From the human T2T-CHM13v2.0 reference genome, Homo sapiens, in NCBI RefSeq assembly GCF_009914755.1, contig NC_060934.1: 64,000 bases of DNA; one strand, 5' to 3'. Positions 1-12,672 of this stretch are shown here, piece by piece. Position numbers and translations under genes: made by a program. The notes under the pieces are model-generated. The model saw only the letters and a program-made list of their open reading frames with translations. It was not told where the DNA came from and did not search any database. The stretch's first letter is position 1, and each line of letters opens with the position of its first letter.

Positions 1-3000
1 TCCAGGAAGCAGCGTTTTTAAAGTATCTGCAAAGGGATATTTCAGAGAGCACTGAGGCTGATGTAGAAAAAGGAAACATCTTCAGTTAAAAACTAGAAAG
101 AAGCTTTCTGAGAAACTGCTCTGTGATGTGTGCATTCATTTCACAAGGGTAAAGCTTTCTTTGGATTCAGCAGGTTGGAAAATCTGTTTTTCACCATTCT
201 GTGAATGGACGTTTGGGAGCTCATTGAGGCCAGTGGCAATAAAGGAGATATCTCAGGGTGAAAAATAAAAGACAGGAATGTGAGAATTGGCTTTGTGATG
301 TGAGCATTCATTTCACAAAGTTAAACCTTTCTTTTCATTCAGCAGTTAGAAATCACTGGTTTTGTAGAATCTGCAAAGGCTTATTTCCGAGAGTATTGGG
401 GCCTATGGTGAAATAGGAAACAACTTCAGATAAAAACGAGAAAGAAGCTTTCTGAGAAACTGCTTTGTGATGTAGGTATTCATCTCACAGACTTAAAGCT
501 TCCTTTGGATTCAGTAGTTTGGAAGCAGAGTTTTTGTCCATTCTGTTAATGGACATTTCAGAGCTCTTTGTGGACAATGGTGAAAAAGAGAATATCCCTG
601 AATGAAAACTAGAAGAAGTCCATCTGAGAAACAGCTGTGTCATGTGGACATTCATTTCAGAGAGTTAAACCATTGTTTTCATTCAGCTGTTTAGAAGCAG
701 TGTTTTGGTGGAATCTGCAAAGGCTTATTTTGGAGAGCATTGAGGCCTGTGGTGAAAAGGAAAAAAAACTTCTGTTAAAAACTAGAAAGAACCTGTCTGG
801 GAATGTCTTGTGATGTGTCCATCCATCTCACAGAGTTAAACTTTTCCTTTTTTCAGCAGTTTGGAAAATCTCTTTCTGTCTATTCTGCAAATGGATGTCT
901 GGGAGCTCATTGAGGCCAGTGGCAAAAAAGGGGATATCCAAGGATTTCAGCATGAAGGCAGCTATCTGAGAAACCACTTTGTGATGTAAGCATGCATTTC
1001 ACAGAGTTTAACCTTTCTTTTCATTCAGCAGTTAGAAATCACTGTTTTTTTTTTTAATCTGCAAAGGCTTATTTCAGAGAGTATTGAAGCCTATGGTGAA
1101 ATAGGAAACATCTTCAGATAAAAATGAGAAAGAAGCTTTCTGAGAAACTGCTTAGTGATGTGTGTATTCAACTAAGAGACTTCAAGCATTCTTTGGATTC
1201 AGTAGTTTGGAAGCACAGTTTTTATCCATTCTGTGAATGGACATTTTGCAGCTCTTTGGGGCCAATGTTGAAAAAGCGATTATCCCTGAATAAAAACTAG
1301 AAGGAACCAATCTGAGAAACCAGTTTATGATGTGAACATTCATTTTGCAAAGTTAAACCATTCTTTCCATTCAACTGTTTGGAAGCAGTATTTTTACACA
1401 ATCTGCAAAGTGATATATCAGAGAGCATTGTGGCCTGTGGTGAAAAAGGAAACATCTTCAGTTAAAAACTACAAAGAAGTTTTCTGAGAAACTGCTTTGT
1501 GATGTGTGCATTCATCTCACAGACTTCAAACTTTTTTGGGATTCAGTAGTTTGGAAACAGAGTTTTTATCCGTTCTGCAAATGGACATTTCAGAGCTCTT
1601 TGGGGCCAATGGCCAAAAAGCAAATATCCCTGAATAAAAACTAGGAGGAATCTATTTGAGACACTGCTTTGTGATGTTAGCCTTCATTTCACAGAACTAA
1701 ACCATTCTTTTCATTCTGCTGTTTCTAAGCAGTATTTTTACAGAATCTGCAAAGGGATATTTTGGAGATCATTTAGGCCTATGGTGAAAAAGGAACATCT
1801 TCAGTTTAAAACTAGAAAGAAGCTTTCTGAGAAACTGCTTTGTGATGTGTGCATTCATCTCACAGAGTTAAAGCTTCCTTTGGATTCAGTAGTTTGGAAA
1901 ATCTGTTTTTGTCCATTCTGCGAATGGACATTTGGGAGCTCTTTGAGGCCAGTTCCAAAAAAGGGTATATCTCAGGATTAAAACTAGAAGACAGGTATGT
2001 GAGAAACGGCTTTGTGATGTGAGCATTCATTTCACAGAGTTAAACCTTTCTTTTCATTCAGCAGTTAGAAATCACTGGTTTTGTACAATCTGCAAAGGGT
2101 TGTGTCAGAGAGTATTGTGGCTTATGGTGAAATAGGAAACATCTTCAGATAAAAATGAGAAAGAAGCTCTCTGAGAAACTGCTTGGTGATGTGTGCATTC
2201 ATCTCAGACACTTCAAGCTTTTTTTGCATTTAGTAGTTTGGAAGCAGAGTTTTTGTCCATTCTGTGAATGGACATTTCAGAGCTCTTTGGGGCCAAAGGC
2301 CAAAAAGTGAATATACCTGAATAAAAACTAGGAGGAATCTATATGAGAAATTGCTTTGTGATGTAAGCATTCATTTCACAGTGTTAAACCATTCTTTTCA
2401 TTCGTCTGTTTGGAAGCAGTACTTTTACAGAATCTGCAAAGGGATATTTCAGAGAGCATTGAGGCCTACAGTGAAAAAGCAAACATCTTCAGTTAAAAAC
2501 TAGAAAGAAGCTTTCTGAGAATCTGCCATGTGATATGACCATTCGTCTTACAGAGTTAAGCCTTTCCTTTTATTCAGCAGTTTGGAAAATCTGTTTTTGT
2601 CCATTCTGCGAATGGACATTCAGGAACTCATTGAGGATGGTGCAAAAAAGGGGATATCTCAGGATCAAAACTAGAAGATAGGTATGTGAGATTCAACTTT
2701 TTGACGTGAACATTCATTTCAGAGATTTATACCTTTCTTTTCATTCAGCAGTTACAAATCACTGGTTTTGTAGGATCTGAAAAGGGTCATTTTGGAGAGT
2801 TTTCTGGCCTATGGTGAAATATTAAACATCTTCAGATAAAAACGAGAAAGAAGCTTTCTGAGAAACTGCTTTGTGTTGTGTGCATTCATCTCACAGAGTT
2901 AAAGCTTCCTTTGGATTCAACAGTTTGGAAGGAGAGTTTTTGTCCTTTCTGCGAATGGATATTTCAGAGCTCTTTTGGGCTAATGGCCAAAAAGTGAATA

Positions 3001-6000
3001 TCCCTGAATAAAAACTAGATGGAATCTATCTGAGAAACTGCTGTGTCATGTGAGCATTCATTTCACAGAGTTAAACCATTCTTTTCATTCAGCTGTTTGG
3101 AAGCAGTGTTTTTGTAGAATACTCAAAGGGCTATTTTGGAGAGCATTGAGGCCTATGGTGAAAAGGAAATATCTTCTGTTAAAAACTGGAAAGAAGCTTT
3201 CTGAGAATCTGTCTTGTGATGTGTCCTTTCATCTCATAGAGTAAACGTTTCCTTGTATGCAGCACTTTGGAAAATCTGTTTTTGTCCATTCTGCATGTGG
3301 ACATTTGGGAGCTCTTTGAGGCCAGTGACATAAAAGGGGATATCCCAGGATTACATCTAGAAGGCAGCTATCTGAGGAAGCTCTTTGTGATGTTAGCTTG
3401 TATTTCACAGAGTTAAACCTTTCTTTTCATTCAGCAGTTAGAAATCACTGTTTTTGTAGAATCTGCAGAGAGTTATTTTGGAGAGTTTTGTGGCCTATGG
3501 TGAAATAGAAAATGTTTTCAGATAAAAATGACAAAGAAGCATTCTGAGAAACTGCTTTATGTGTGTCTTCATCTCACAGGTTTAACGCTTTCTTTGAATT
3601 CAGTAGTGTGGAAACACAGGTTTTGTTCATTCTGTGAATGGACATTTCATAGCTCTTTGGGGCCAATGGTGAAAAAGTGAATATCCCTGAATAAAAACTA
3701 GAAGGAATCAATCACAGAAACCATTGTGTCATGTGAACATTCATTTCATAGATTTAAACCATTATTTTCATTCAGCTGTTAGGAAGCAGTTTTTTTGTAG
3801 AATCTCCAAAGTGATATTTCAGAGAGCATTGAAGCCTATTGTGAAAAAGAAAACAACTTCTGTTAAAAACTGGAAAGAAGCTTTTTGAGAATCTGCCTTG
3901 AGATGTGTTCATTCATCTCACAGTGTTAAACTTTTCTTTGGATTCAGCATTTTGGAAAATCTGTTTTTGTCCATTCTGTGAATTGACGTTTCGGAGCTCA
4001 TTGAGGTCAGTGGCAAAAAAGGGAATATCCCAGGATTAAAATAAGAAGACAGCTATCTAAGAAATGGCTTTGTGACATGGGCATGCATTTCACAGATTTC
4101 AGCTTGTCTTTTCATTCAGCAGTTAGAAATCCCTGTTTTTGTAGAATCTGCAAAGGGTTATTTCGTAGAGTATTGAGGCCTATGGTGAAATAGGAATCAT
4201 CTTCAGATAAAAAGGAGAAAGAAGCTTTCTGAGAAACTGCTTCATGATGTGTGCATTCATCTCACAGTCTTAAAGCTTTCTTTTGATTTAGTAGTTTGGA
4301 AACACAGTTTTTGTCTGTTCTGAGAATGGACATTTCAGACCTCTTTGGGACCAATAGCAAAAAAGTGAATATCCCTGAATAAAAACTAGAAGAAATCTAT
4401 TTGAGAAACTGCTTTTTGATGTGAGCATTCATTTCGTAAAGTTAAACCATTCTTTTCATTCAGCTGTTTGGAAGCAGTGTTTCTATGGAATCAGCAAAGC
4501 AATATTTCAGAGAGCATTGGAGCCTATGTTGAACAAGCAAATATCTTCCATTACAAACTAGAAAAAGCTTTCTGAGGAACTGCTTTGTGATGCATTCATT
4601 GATCTCACATACTTAAAGCTTTCTTTTTATTTAGTAGTTTGGAAACAGATTTTTGTCCATTCTGCAAATGGACGTGTTGGAGCTCTTTGGGGCCAAAGGC
4701 GAGAAATGGAATATCCCTGAATAAAAACTAGAAGGAATCTCTCTCAGAAACTGCTTTGTGATGTGAGCATTCATTTCACACAGTTACACCATTCTTTTAA
4801 TTCATCTGTTTGAAAGCATTGTTTTTACAGAACATGCAATGGGATATTTTGGAGAGCATTGAGTACTACGGTGAAAAAGGAAACATCTTTAGTTTAAAAC
4901 TAGAAAAAAGCTTTCTGAGAAACTGCTTTGTGATGTGTGCATTCATCTCACAGACTTACAGCTTTCTTTGGGTTCAGCAGTTTGGAAAATATGTTTTTGT
5001 CCATTCTGTGAATGGACATTTGGGAGCTCTTTGAGGCCAATGGCAAAAAAGGGGACATCCCAGGATTAAAACTAGAAGACAGCTATGTGAGAAATGACTT
5101 TGCAATGTGAGCATTCATTTCACAAAGTTAAAACTTCCTTTTCATTCAGCAGTTAGAAATCACTTGTTTTGTAGAATCTACAAAGGGTTATTTTGGAGAG
5201 TATTGTGGCCTATGGTGAAGTAGAAATCATCTTCAGATAAAAACGAGAAAGAAACTTTCTGAGAAACTGCTTTGTGATGTGCGAATTCATCTCACAGAGT
5301 TAAAGCTTCGTTTGGATTCAGTAGTTTGGAAAAATCTGTTTTTCTCCATTTGGCAAATAGACATTTGGGAACTCTTTGAGGCCTATGGTAAAAAGGGAAT
5401 ATTCCAGTATTAAAACTAGAAGGCAGGTATCTGAGAAACTGCTTTGTGATGAGAGCATTCATTTCACAGGCTTAAACCTTTCTTTTCAGTCAGGTGTTTG
5501 GAAACAGTGTTTTTGTAACATCTGCAAAGCTATGTTTTGGAGATCCTTGAGGCGTGCGGTGAAATAGGAAACATCTTCAGATAAAAATTAGAAAGAAGCC
5601 TTCTGAGAAACTGCTTTGTGAGGTGTGCATTCGTCTCACAGAGTTAAACCTTTCTTTGGATTCAGCAGTTTTGAAACACGGTGTGTGTCAACTCAGTGAA
5701 TGGACATTTAAAGCGCTTTGAGGCCAACTGTGAAAATCGGAATATCCAACGACAAAAACTAGAAGGAAGGTGTCTGAGAAACTGCTCTGTGATATGCTCA
5801 TTCATCTCACACAGTTAAATCATTTTTTTTCATTCAGCAATTTAAAACCCTGTTTTTGTACAATGTGCAAAGGGATATTTTGGAGAGCATTGAGGCCTAT
5901 GGTAAAAGAGGAAATGTCTTCAGAGAAAAACTAGAAAGAAACTTTCTGAGAGACTGCTTTGTGAAGTGTCCATTCATCTCACAGACTTAAAGCTTTCCTT

Positions 6001-9000
6001 AAATCCAGTAGTTTGGAAACACAGCTTTTGTCCATTCTGTGAAAGGACATTTCGGAGCTCTTTGGTACCAATGGTGAAAAAGCAAATATCCCTAAATAGA
6101 AACTAGAAGTAATCTATCTGAGAAGCTGCTTTGTGATGTGAGCATTCATTTCACAGAGTTAAACCATTATTTTCATTCAGCTCTTCGGAAATAGTGATTC
6201 TGTAGAATCTGCAAATGTATAGTTCAGAGAACATTGAGGTCTATGGTGAAAAAGGAAATATCTTCAGTTAAAAATTAGGGAGAAACTTTCAGATAAATGG
6301 CCTTGTGAAGTCTGCATTCATCACACAAATTTAATCATTTCTTTTGATTCAGCAGTTTGGAAAATCTGTTTTTGTCCATTCTGTGAATGGAAATTTTGGA
6401 GCTCATTCAGTTCACTGACAGAAAAGGGAATATCCCAGGATTAAAACTAGAAGGCAGCTGTCTGAGAAACTGCTTTGTGATGTGAGCATTCATTTCACAG
6501 ATTTAAAACTTTCTTTTCATTGAGCAGTTAGAAATCATTGTTTTTGTAGAATCTGCAAACGGTTATTTCGGAGAGCATGAGTCCTATGATAAAAAAGGAA
6601 CCATCTTCATGAAAAACTAGAAAGAAGCTTTCTGAGATACTGCCTTGTGATGTGTGCATTCATCTCACAGAGATAAACTTTTCTTTGCATTCAGCAGTTT
6701 TGAAACACTGTTTTTGTCCACTCAGTGAATGGACATTTGGGATCCAATTGAGGCCAAAGGCAAAAAAGGGAATATCCCAGGATGAAAAACTAGAAGGAAG
6801 CTATCTGAGAAATCACTTTGTGATATGTGCATTCATCTCATAGTGTTAAAACACGCTTTCCATACAGCAGCTTGAGAACTCTGTTTTTGTGGAATCTGGA
6901 AAGGGATATTTCAGAGTGCTTTGAGGCCTATGGTAATAAAGGAAACCTCTTCAGATAAGAACAAGAAAGAGGCTCTCTGAGAAACTGCTTTGTGATGAGT
7001 GCATTCATTTCACAGAGTTAAGCCTTTCTCTGGATTCACTAACTTGCAAAGAGTGTTTTTTTCCATTCTGCGAATGGATATTTTGTACTTCGTTGAGGCC
7101 AATGGCAAGAAAGCTAATATGCTAGAATAAAAACTAGAAGGAAGCTATCTGAAAAACTGATTTGTGATGTGTGTATTCATATCGCAGATCAAAGCTTTAT
7201 TTTTGTACAGCAGTTGGCAAACTGTGTTTTGTAGATTCTGCAAAGGGATATTTTGGAGAACATTGAGGCCCATTGTGAAAAGGAAACATCTGCAGATAAA
7301 AACTGGAAAGAAACTTTCTGAGAAACTGCCTTGTGATGTGCGCACTCATCTCATAGGGTTAAACCTTTCATTTCAACATGTAGTTTGGAAACACTGTTTT
7401 TGTGGAATCACAAAGGGATAATTCAGAGAGCATTGAGGCCTGTGGTGAAATAGGAAACATCTCCAGAGAAAAATGAGAAAGCAGTTTTCTGAGAAACTGC
7501 TTTGTGATGTGTCCATCTCACAGAGGTAAATGTTTCTTTGCATTCAGCAGTTTGAAACACGTTGTTTATCAACTCAGCAAATGGACATTTGGGTGCAGTT
7601 TGAGGTCAATTGTGAAAATGGGAATACCCCAGGATAAATACCAGAAGGAACATATCCAAGAAACGGCTTTGTGGTATGTTCATTCATCTCACAGAGCTAA
7701 ATCATTCTTTTCATTCAGCAATTTGGAAAGACTGTTTTTGTAGAATCTGCAAAGGGATATTTCAGAGAGCACTGAGGCCTATGGTAAAAAAGGAAACATC
7801 TTCAGAGAAAAACTAGAAAGAAACTTTCTGAGAAAATGTTTTGTGATGTGTGCATTCATCTCACAGACTTAAATCTTTCTTTGGATTCAATAGTTTGGAG
7901 ACAAAGTTTTTGTCCATTCTGCAAATGGACACTTTGGAGCCTTTTGGGGCCAATTGTGAAAAAGTGAATATCCCTGAATAAAAACTAGAAGAAATGTAGC
8001 TGAGAAACAACTTTGTGATGTGAGCATCCATTTCACAATGTTAAACCATTATGTTCATTCAGCTGTTTAGAAACAGTGTTTTTGAAGAATGTGCAAATGT
8101 ATATTTTGGAGAGCATTGAGGCTTATGGTGAAAAAGGAAATATCTTCAGTTAAAAACCAGAAAGAAGCTTTCTGAGAAACTTCCTTGTGACGTGTGCACT
8201 CATCCCACAGAATTAAACCTTTCTTTGGATTCAGCAGTTTGGAAAATCTATTTTTGTCCATTCCGTGAATGGACTTTGGAGCTCGTTGAGGCCAATGGCA
8301 AAAAAGGGAATATCCCAGGATTAAAACTAGAAGGCTGCTATCCGAGAAACTTCTTTATGATGTAAATATTTATTTCGCAGAGTTAAATCTTCCATTTCAT
8401 TCAGCAGTTAGGAATCACTGTTTTTGTAGAATCTGCAAAGGGTTATTTCAGAGAGTACCGATGCCTATGGTGAAATAAGAAACATCTTTGGATAAAAACT
8501 AGAAAGAAAATTTCTTAGAAACAGCTTTGTAATGTGTGCATTCATCTCGCAGATTTAAACCTTTGCTTTTACTCAGCAGTTTTGAAACACTGTTTTTGTC
8601 CACTGATCGAATGGACATTTTGCAGCTCATTGAGGCCAATGGCAAAAAAGGGAATAACAGATGATAAAAACTAGAAGAAAGGTACTTGAGAAAGAGCTTT
8701 GTGATGTGTTCATTCATCTCACAGATTTAAAACACGATTTTCATACAGTAGTTTGGAAACACTGTTTTTGCTGAAGCTGCAAAGTGATATTTAGAAGAGC
8801 ATCGAGGCCTATCATAAAAAAGGAAACATCTTCAGATAAAAAGTAGAAAGAAGTTCTCTGAGAAACTGCTTTGTGATGTAAGCATTCATCTCACAATGTT
8901 AAACATTTATTTGAATTCAGTAATTTGGAAAGACTGTTTTTGTCCATTCTGTGAAAGGACATTTTGTTCTTTGCTGATGCCAAAGGCGAAAAAACTGATG

Positions 9001-10035
9001 TCCTAGAATGAAAACTAGAAGGAAGCTATCTGAGAAACTGCTTTGTGATGTGTGCATTCACCTAGCAGATTTAAAGCTTTCTTTTCATACAGCAGTTTGG
9101 AGACGGTGTTTTGTAGAATCTGTGAAGGGATACTTTGGAGAGCATTGAGGCCTACGGTAAAAAAGGAAATATCTTCAGATAAAAAGTACAAACAAACTTT
9201 CTGAGAAACTGCCTTGTGATGTTTGAGTTCATCTCACAGAGGCAAACTTTTCTTTGGATTCAGCAGCTTGGAAAATTTGTTTTTGTCAATTCTGCAAATG
9301 GACATTTGGGAGCTAATTGGGACAAATGGCAATAAAGGTAATATCCCAGGATTAAAACTAGAAGGAAGCTATCTGAGGAACCGCATTGTGATGAAAGCAT
9401 TCATCTCACAGAGATAAACCTTTCTTTTCATCAACAGTTTGGAAACACTGTTTTTGTAAAATCTGCAAGGGGTTATTTCGCAGAGTATTGAGGCCTACAG
9501 TGAAATAGGAAACATCGCCATATGAAAACTAGAAATATTTCTGAGAAACTGCTTTGTGTCATGTGCATTCATCTCATAGAGTTAAACCTTCTTTGTATTC
9601 AGCAGTTTTCCAACACTGTTTTTGTCCATTCAGTGAAAGGACATTTGGGGGCTCTCTGAGGCCAAAGGCGAAAATGGGAATAACCCATTATAAAAACCAG
9701 AAGGCAGCTATCTTAGAAACCACTTTGTGATGTGCACATTCATCTCACAGAGTTAAACCTTCCTTTTCATTCAGCAGTTTGGAAACACTGTTTTCATAGA
9801 ATATGCAAAGGGATACTTCAGAGAGCATTGAGGCCTATGGTGGAATAGGAAACATCTTCAGATAAAAACTAGAAAGCTTTCTGAGAAACTGCTTTGTGAT
9901 GTGTGCATTCATCTCACAGAGTTAAATCTTTCTTTGGATTCAGCAGCTTTGAAACACAGTGTTTGTTAACTCAGTGAATAGACATTTTGGGGTGCTTTGA
10001 GACTCACTGTGAAAATAGGAATATTCCAGGACTAA
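1..10035 (+). repeat. Alpha satellite, diverged dimeric type (H1H2/OaNa-like), forward orientation
   Basis: Recurring ~171-172 bp unit TTTCTGAGAAACTGCTTTGTGATGTGTGCATTCATCTCACAGAGTTAAAC. Two monomer types alternate: one with CAAAGGGATATTT...CTATGGTGAAAAAGGAA and one with GTCCATTCTGTGAATGGAC...GGGAATATCCCAGG. Alpha satellite identity is certain; the layer name is inferred. Confidence 0.97.
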
Positions 10036-10056
10036 ATATCCAGGGAATATCCCTGG
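10036..10056. other. Inversion junction (satellite strand switch) with a short templated insert
   Basis: Monomers read TGTGATGTGTGCATTCATCTC before ~10,035 and as the reverse complement GAGATGAATGCACACATCACA from ~10,060 onward. The intervening AATATCCAGGGAATATCCCTGG fits neither register. Confidence 0.92.
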
Positions 10057-11344
10057 GCTAAGACAGTTTTTCAAAACTCTTGAATCCAATTAAAGGCTTA
10101 CCTCTGGGAGATGAATGCATACATCACAACGCTGTTTCTCAGAAAGCTTCTTTCTAGTTTTTATCAAGATGTCTCGTTTTTCACCATAGGAGACAATGAT
10201 ATCTGAAATATCCCTTTGCCAATTCTAGAAAACACTGTTTCCATACTGCTGTATGACAAGAAATCTTTAACTCTGTGAGATGAATGCACACATTGCAAAG
10301 CAATTTATCATATAGCTTCTTTCTAGTTTTTATTCTAGGATATTAGATTCTACATCATTGGCCTCAACAAAGTACGAAATGTCCATTTGCAGAGAGGACA
10401 AAAACAGTTTTTCTAAATTACTGAATGCAAAGAAAGGTTTCACTCTGTGAGATGAATGCACACTTCACAAATCACTTTCTCAGAAAGCTTCTTTCTAGTT
10501 TTTCTCTGAAGATGTTTCCTTACTATAGGCCTCAATGCTCTCTGAAACGTCCCCTTACAGATTCTACAAAACACTGTTTCCACACTGCTGTATGAAAAGA
10601 AAGTTTTAACTCTGTGAGATTAATGCTCACATCACAAAGCGATTTCTCAGATATCATCTTTCTGATTTTTGTTCTAGGATATTACCTTTTTCGCCATTGC
10701 ACTCAAAGAAGTACAAAATGTCCAGTCACAGAATGGACAAAGACACTCTTTCCAAATTAATGAATCCAAAGAAAGGTTTAACTCTGTGAAATGAATGTTC
10801 ACATCACAAAGCAGTTTTTCTGTTTGAATCCTGGGGTATTCCCTTTTTTGCCATTGGCCTCAATGAGCTCCCAAATATCCATTTGCAGAATGGACAAAAA
10901 ACAAGTTTTCCGAACTGCTGAATCCAAAGAAAGGTTTCACTCTGTGAGATGAATGCACAAATCACAAGGCAGTTTCTCAGAAAGCTTCTTTCTAGTTTTT
11001 AACTGATGATGTTTCCTTTTTCACCATAGGCCTCAATGCTCTCCGAAATATCCCTTTGCAGATTCTTCGAAACACTGCTTCCAAACTGCTGTACAAAAAG
11101 AAAGCTTTAACCCTGTGAAATGAGTGCTCACATCACAAAGCCGTTTCTCAGATAGATTCCTTCTGGTTTTTATTCTGTGATGTTGGCTTTTTTTGCCATT
11201 GACCTCAAAGAGCTCTGAAATATCCATTCACAGAATGGACAAAAACACTCTTTCCAAATTACAGAATCCAAAGAAAGGTTTGACTCTGTGAGGTGAATGC
11301 CCACCTGTCAAACCAGGTTCTCAGAAAGATTCTTTCTAGTTTTT
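10057..11344 (-). repeat. Alpha satellite, dimeric type, reverse orientation
   Basis: Reverse-complement monomers (AACTCTGTGAGATGAATGCACACATCACAAAGCAGTTTCTCAG) with the same two alternating types. Confidence 0.96.
11335..11344. repeat. Target-site duplication of L1 #1, left copy (TCTAGTTTTT)
   Basis: An identical 10-mer lies at 12,673-12,682. Removing the L1 restores the monomer TTCTTTCTAGTTTTTATCTGAAG. The site is TTTTT/AT, an L1 endonuclease-type site. Confidence 0.85.
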
Positions 11345-12672
11345 TTTAAATTATACTTTAAGTTTTAGGGTACATGTGCACAACATGCATGTTTGTTACT
11401 TATGTATACACGTACCATGCTGGTGTGCAGCACCCATTAACTCGTCATTTAACATTAGGTATATCTCCTAATGATAGCCCTCCCCCTCTTCCCACTCCAC
11501 AACAGTCCCCAGAGTGTGATGTTCCCCTTCCTGTGTCCATGTGTTCTCATTGTTCAACTCCCACCTGTGAGTGAGAACATGTGGCGTTTGGTTTTTTTGT
11601 CCTTGCGATAGTTTGCTGAGAATGATGGTTTCCAGCTTCATCCATGTCCCTACAAAGGACATGTACTCATCCTTTTTTATGGCTGCATAGTATTCCATGG
11701 TGTATATGTGCCACATTTTCTTAATCCAGTCTATCATTGTTGGACATTTGGGTTGGTTCCAAGTCTTTGCTATTGTGAATAGTGTTGCAATAAACATACG
11801 TGTGCATGTGTCTTTATAGCAGCATGATTTATAATCCTTTGGGTATATACCCAATAGTGGGATTGCTGAGTCAAACGGTATTTCTAGTTCTAGTTCCCTG
11901 AGGAATCACCACACCGACTTCCACAATGGTTGAACTAGTTTACATTCCCACCAACAGTGTAAAAGTGTTCCTATTTCTCCACATCCTCTCCAGTACCTGT
12001 TGTTTCCTGATTTTTAATGATCACCATTCTAAGTGGTGAGACATGGCATCTCATTGTAGTTTTGATTTGCATTTCTCTGATGGCCAGTGATGATGAACAT
12101 TTTTTCATGTGTTTTTTGGCTGCATGAATGTCTTCTTTTGAGAAGTGTCTGTTCATATCCTTTGCCCACTTTTTGATGGGGTTGTTTGTTTTTTCTTGTA
12201 AATTTGTTTGAGTTCATTGTAGATTCTGGATATTAGCCCTCTGTGAGATGAATAGGTTGTAAAAATTTTCTCCCATTTTGTAGGTTGCCTGTTCACTCTG
12301 ATGGTAGTTTCTTTTGCTGTGCAGAAGCTCTTTAGTTTAATTAGATCCCATTTGTTAATTTTGTCTTTTGTTTCCATTGCTTTTGGTGTTTTAGAAATGA
12401 AGTCCTTGTCCATGCCTATGTCCTGAATGGTATTGCCTAGGTTTTCTTCTAGGGTTTTTATGGCTTTAAGTCTAACATGTAAGTCTTTAGTCCATCTTGA
12501 ATTAATTTTTGTATAAGGTGTAAGGAATGGATCCAGTTTCAGCTTTCTACATATGGCTAGCCAGTTTTCCCAGCACCATTTATTAAATAGGGAATCCTTC
12601 CCCCATTTCTTGTTTTTGTCAGGTTTGTCAAAGATCAGATAGTTGTAGATATGGGGCATTATTTCTGAGGGG
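11345..12672 (-). mobile_element. LINE-1, 5'-truncated (~1.33 kb), L1PA3/L1PA4-like
   Basis: The reverse strand gives the L1 3' end TGCACATGTACCCTAAAACTTAAAGTATAAT plus a short A tail, the 3'UTR GGAGATATACCTAATGTTAAATGACGAG, and ORF2 C-terminal peptides ([20 protein letters not shown]; TWNQPKCPTMIDWIKKMWHIYTMEYY). A 10-bp TSD is present. The subfamily call is tentative. Confidence 0.96.
11554..12672 (-). pseudogene. L1 ORF2p C-terminal fragment, frameshifted
   Basis: ORF-track pieces 12153-12659, 11971-12156 and 11468-11854 are consecutive ORF2p segments in different frames. Confidence 0.9.
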
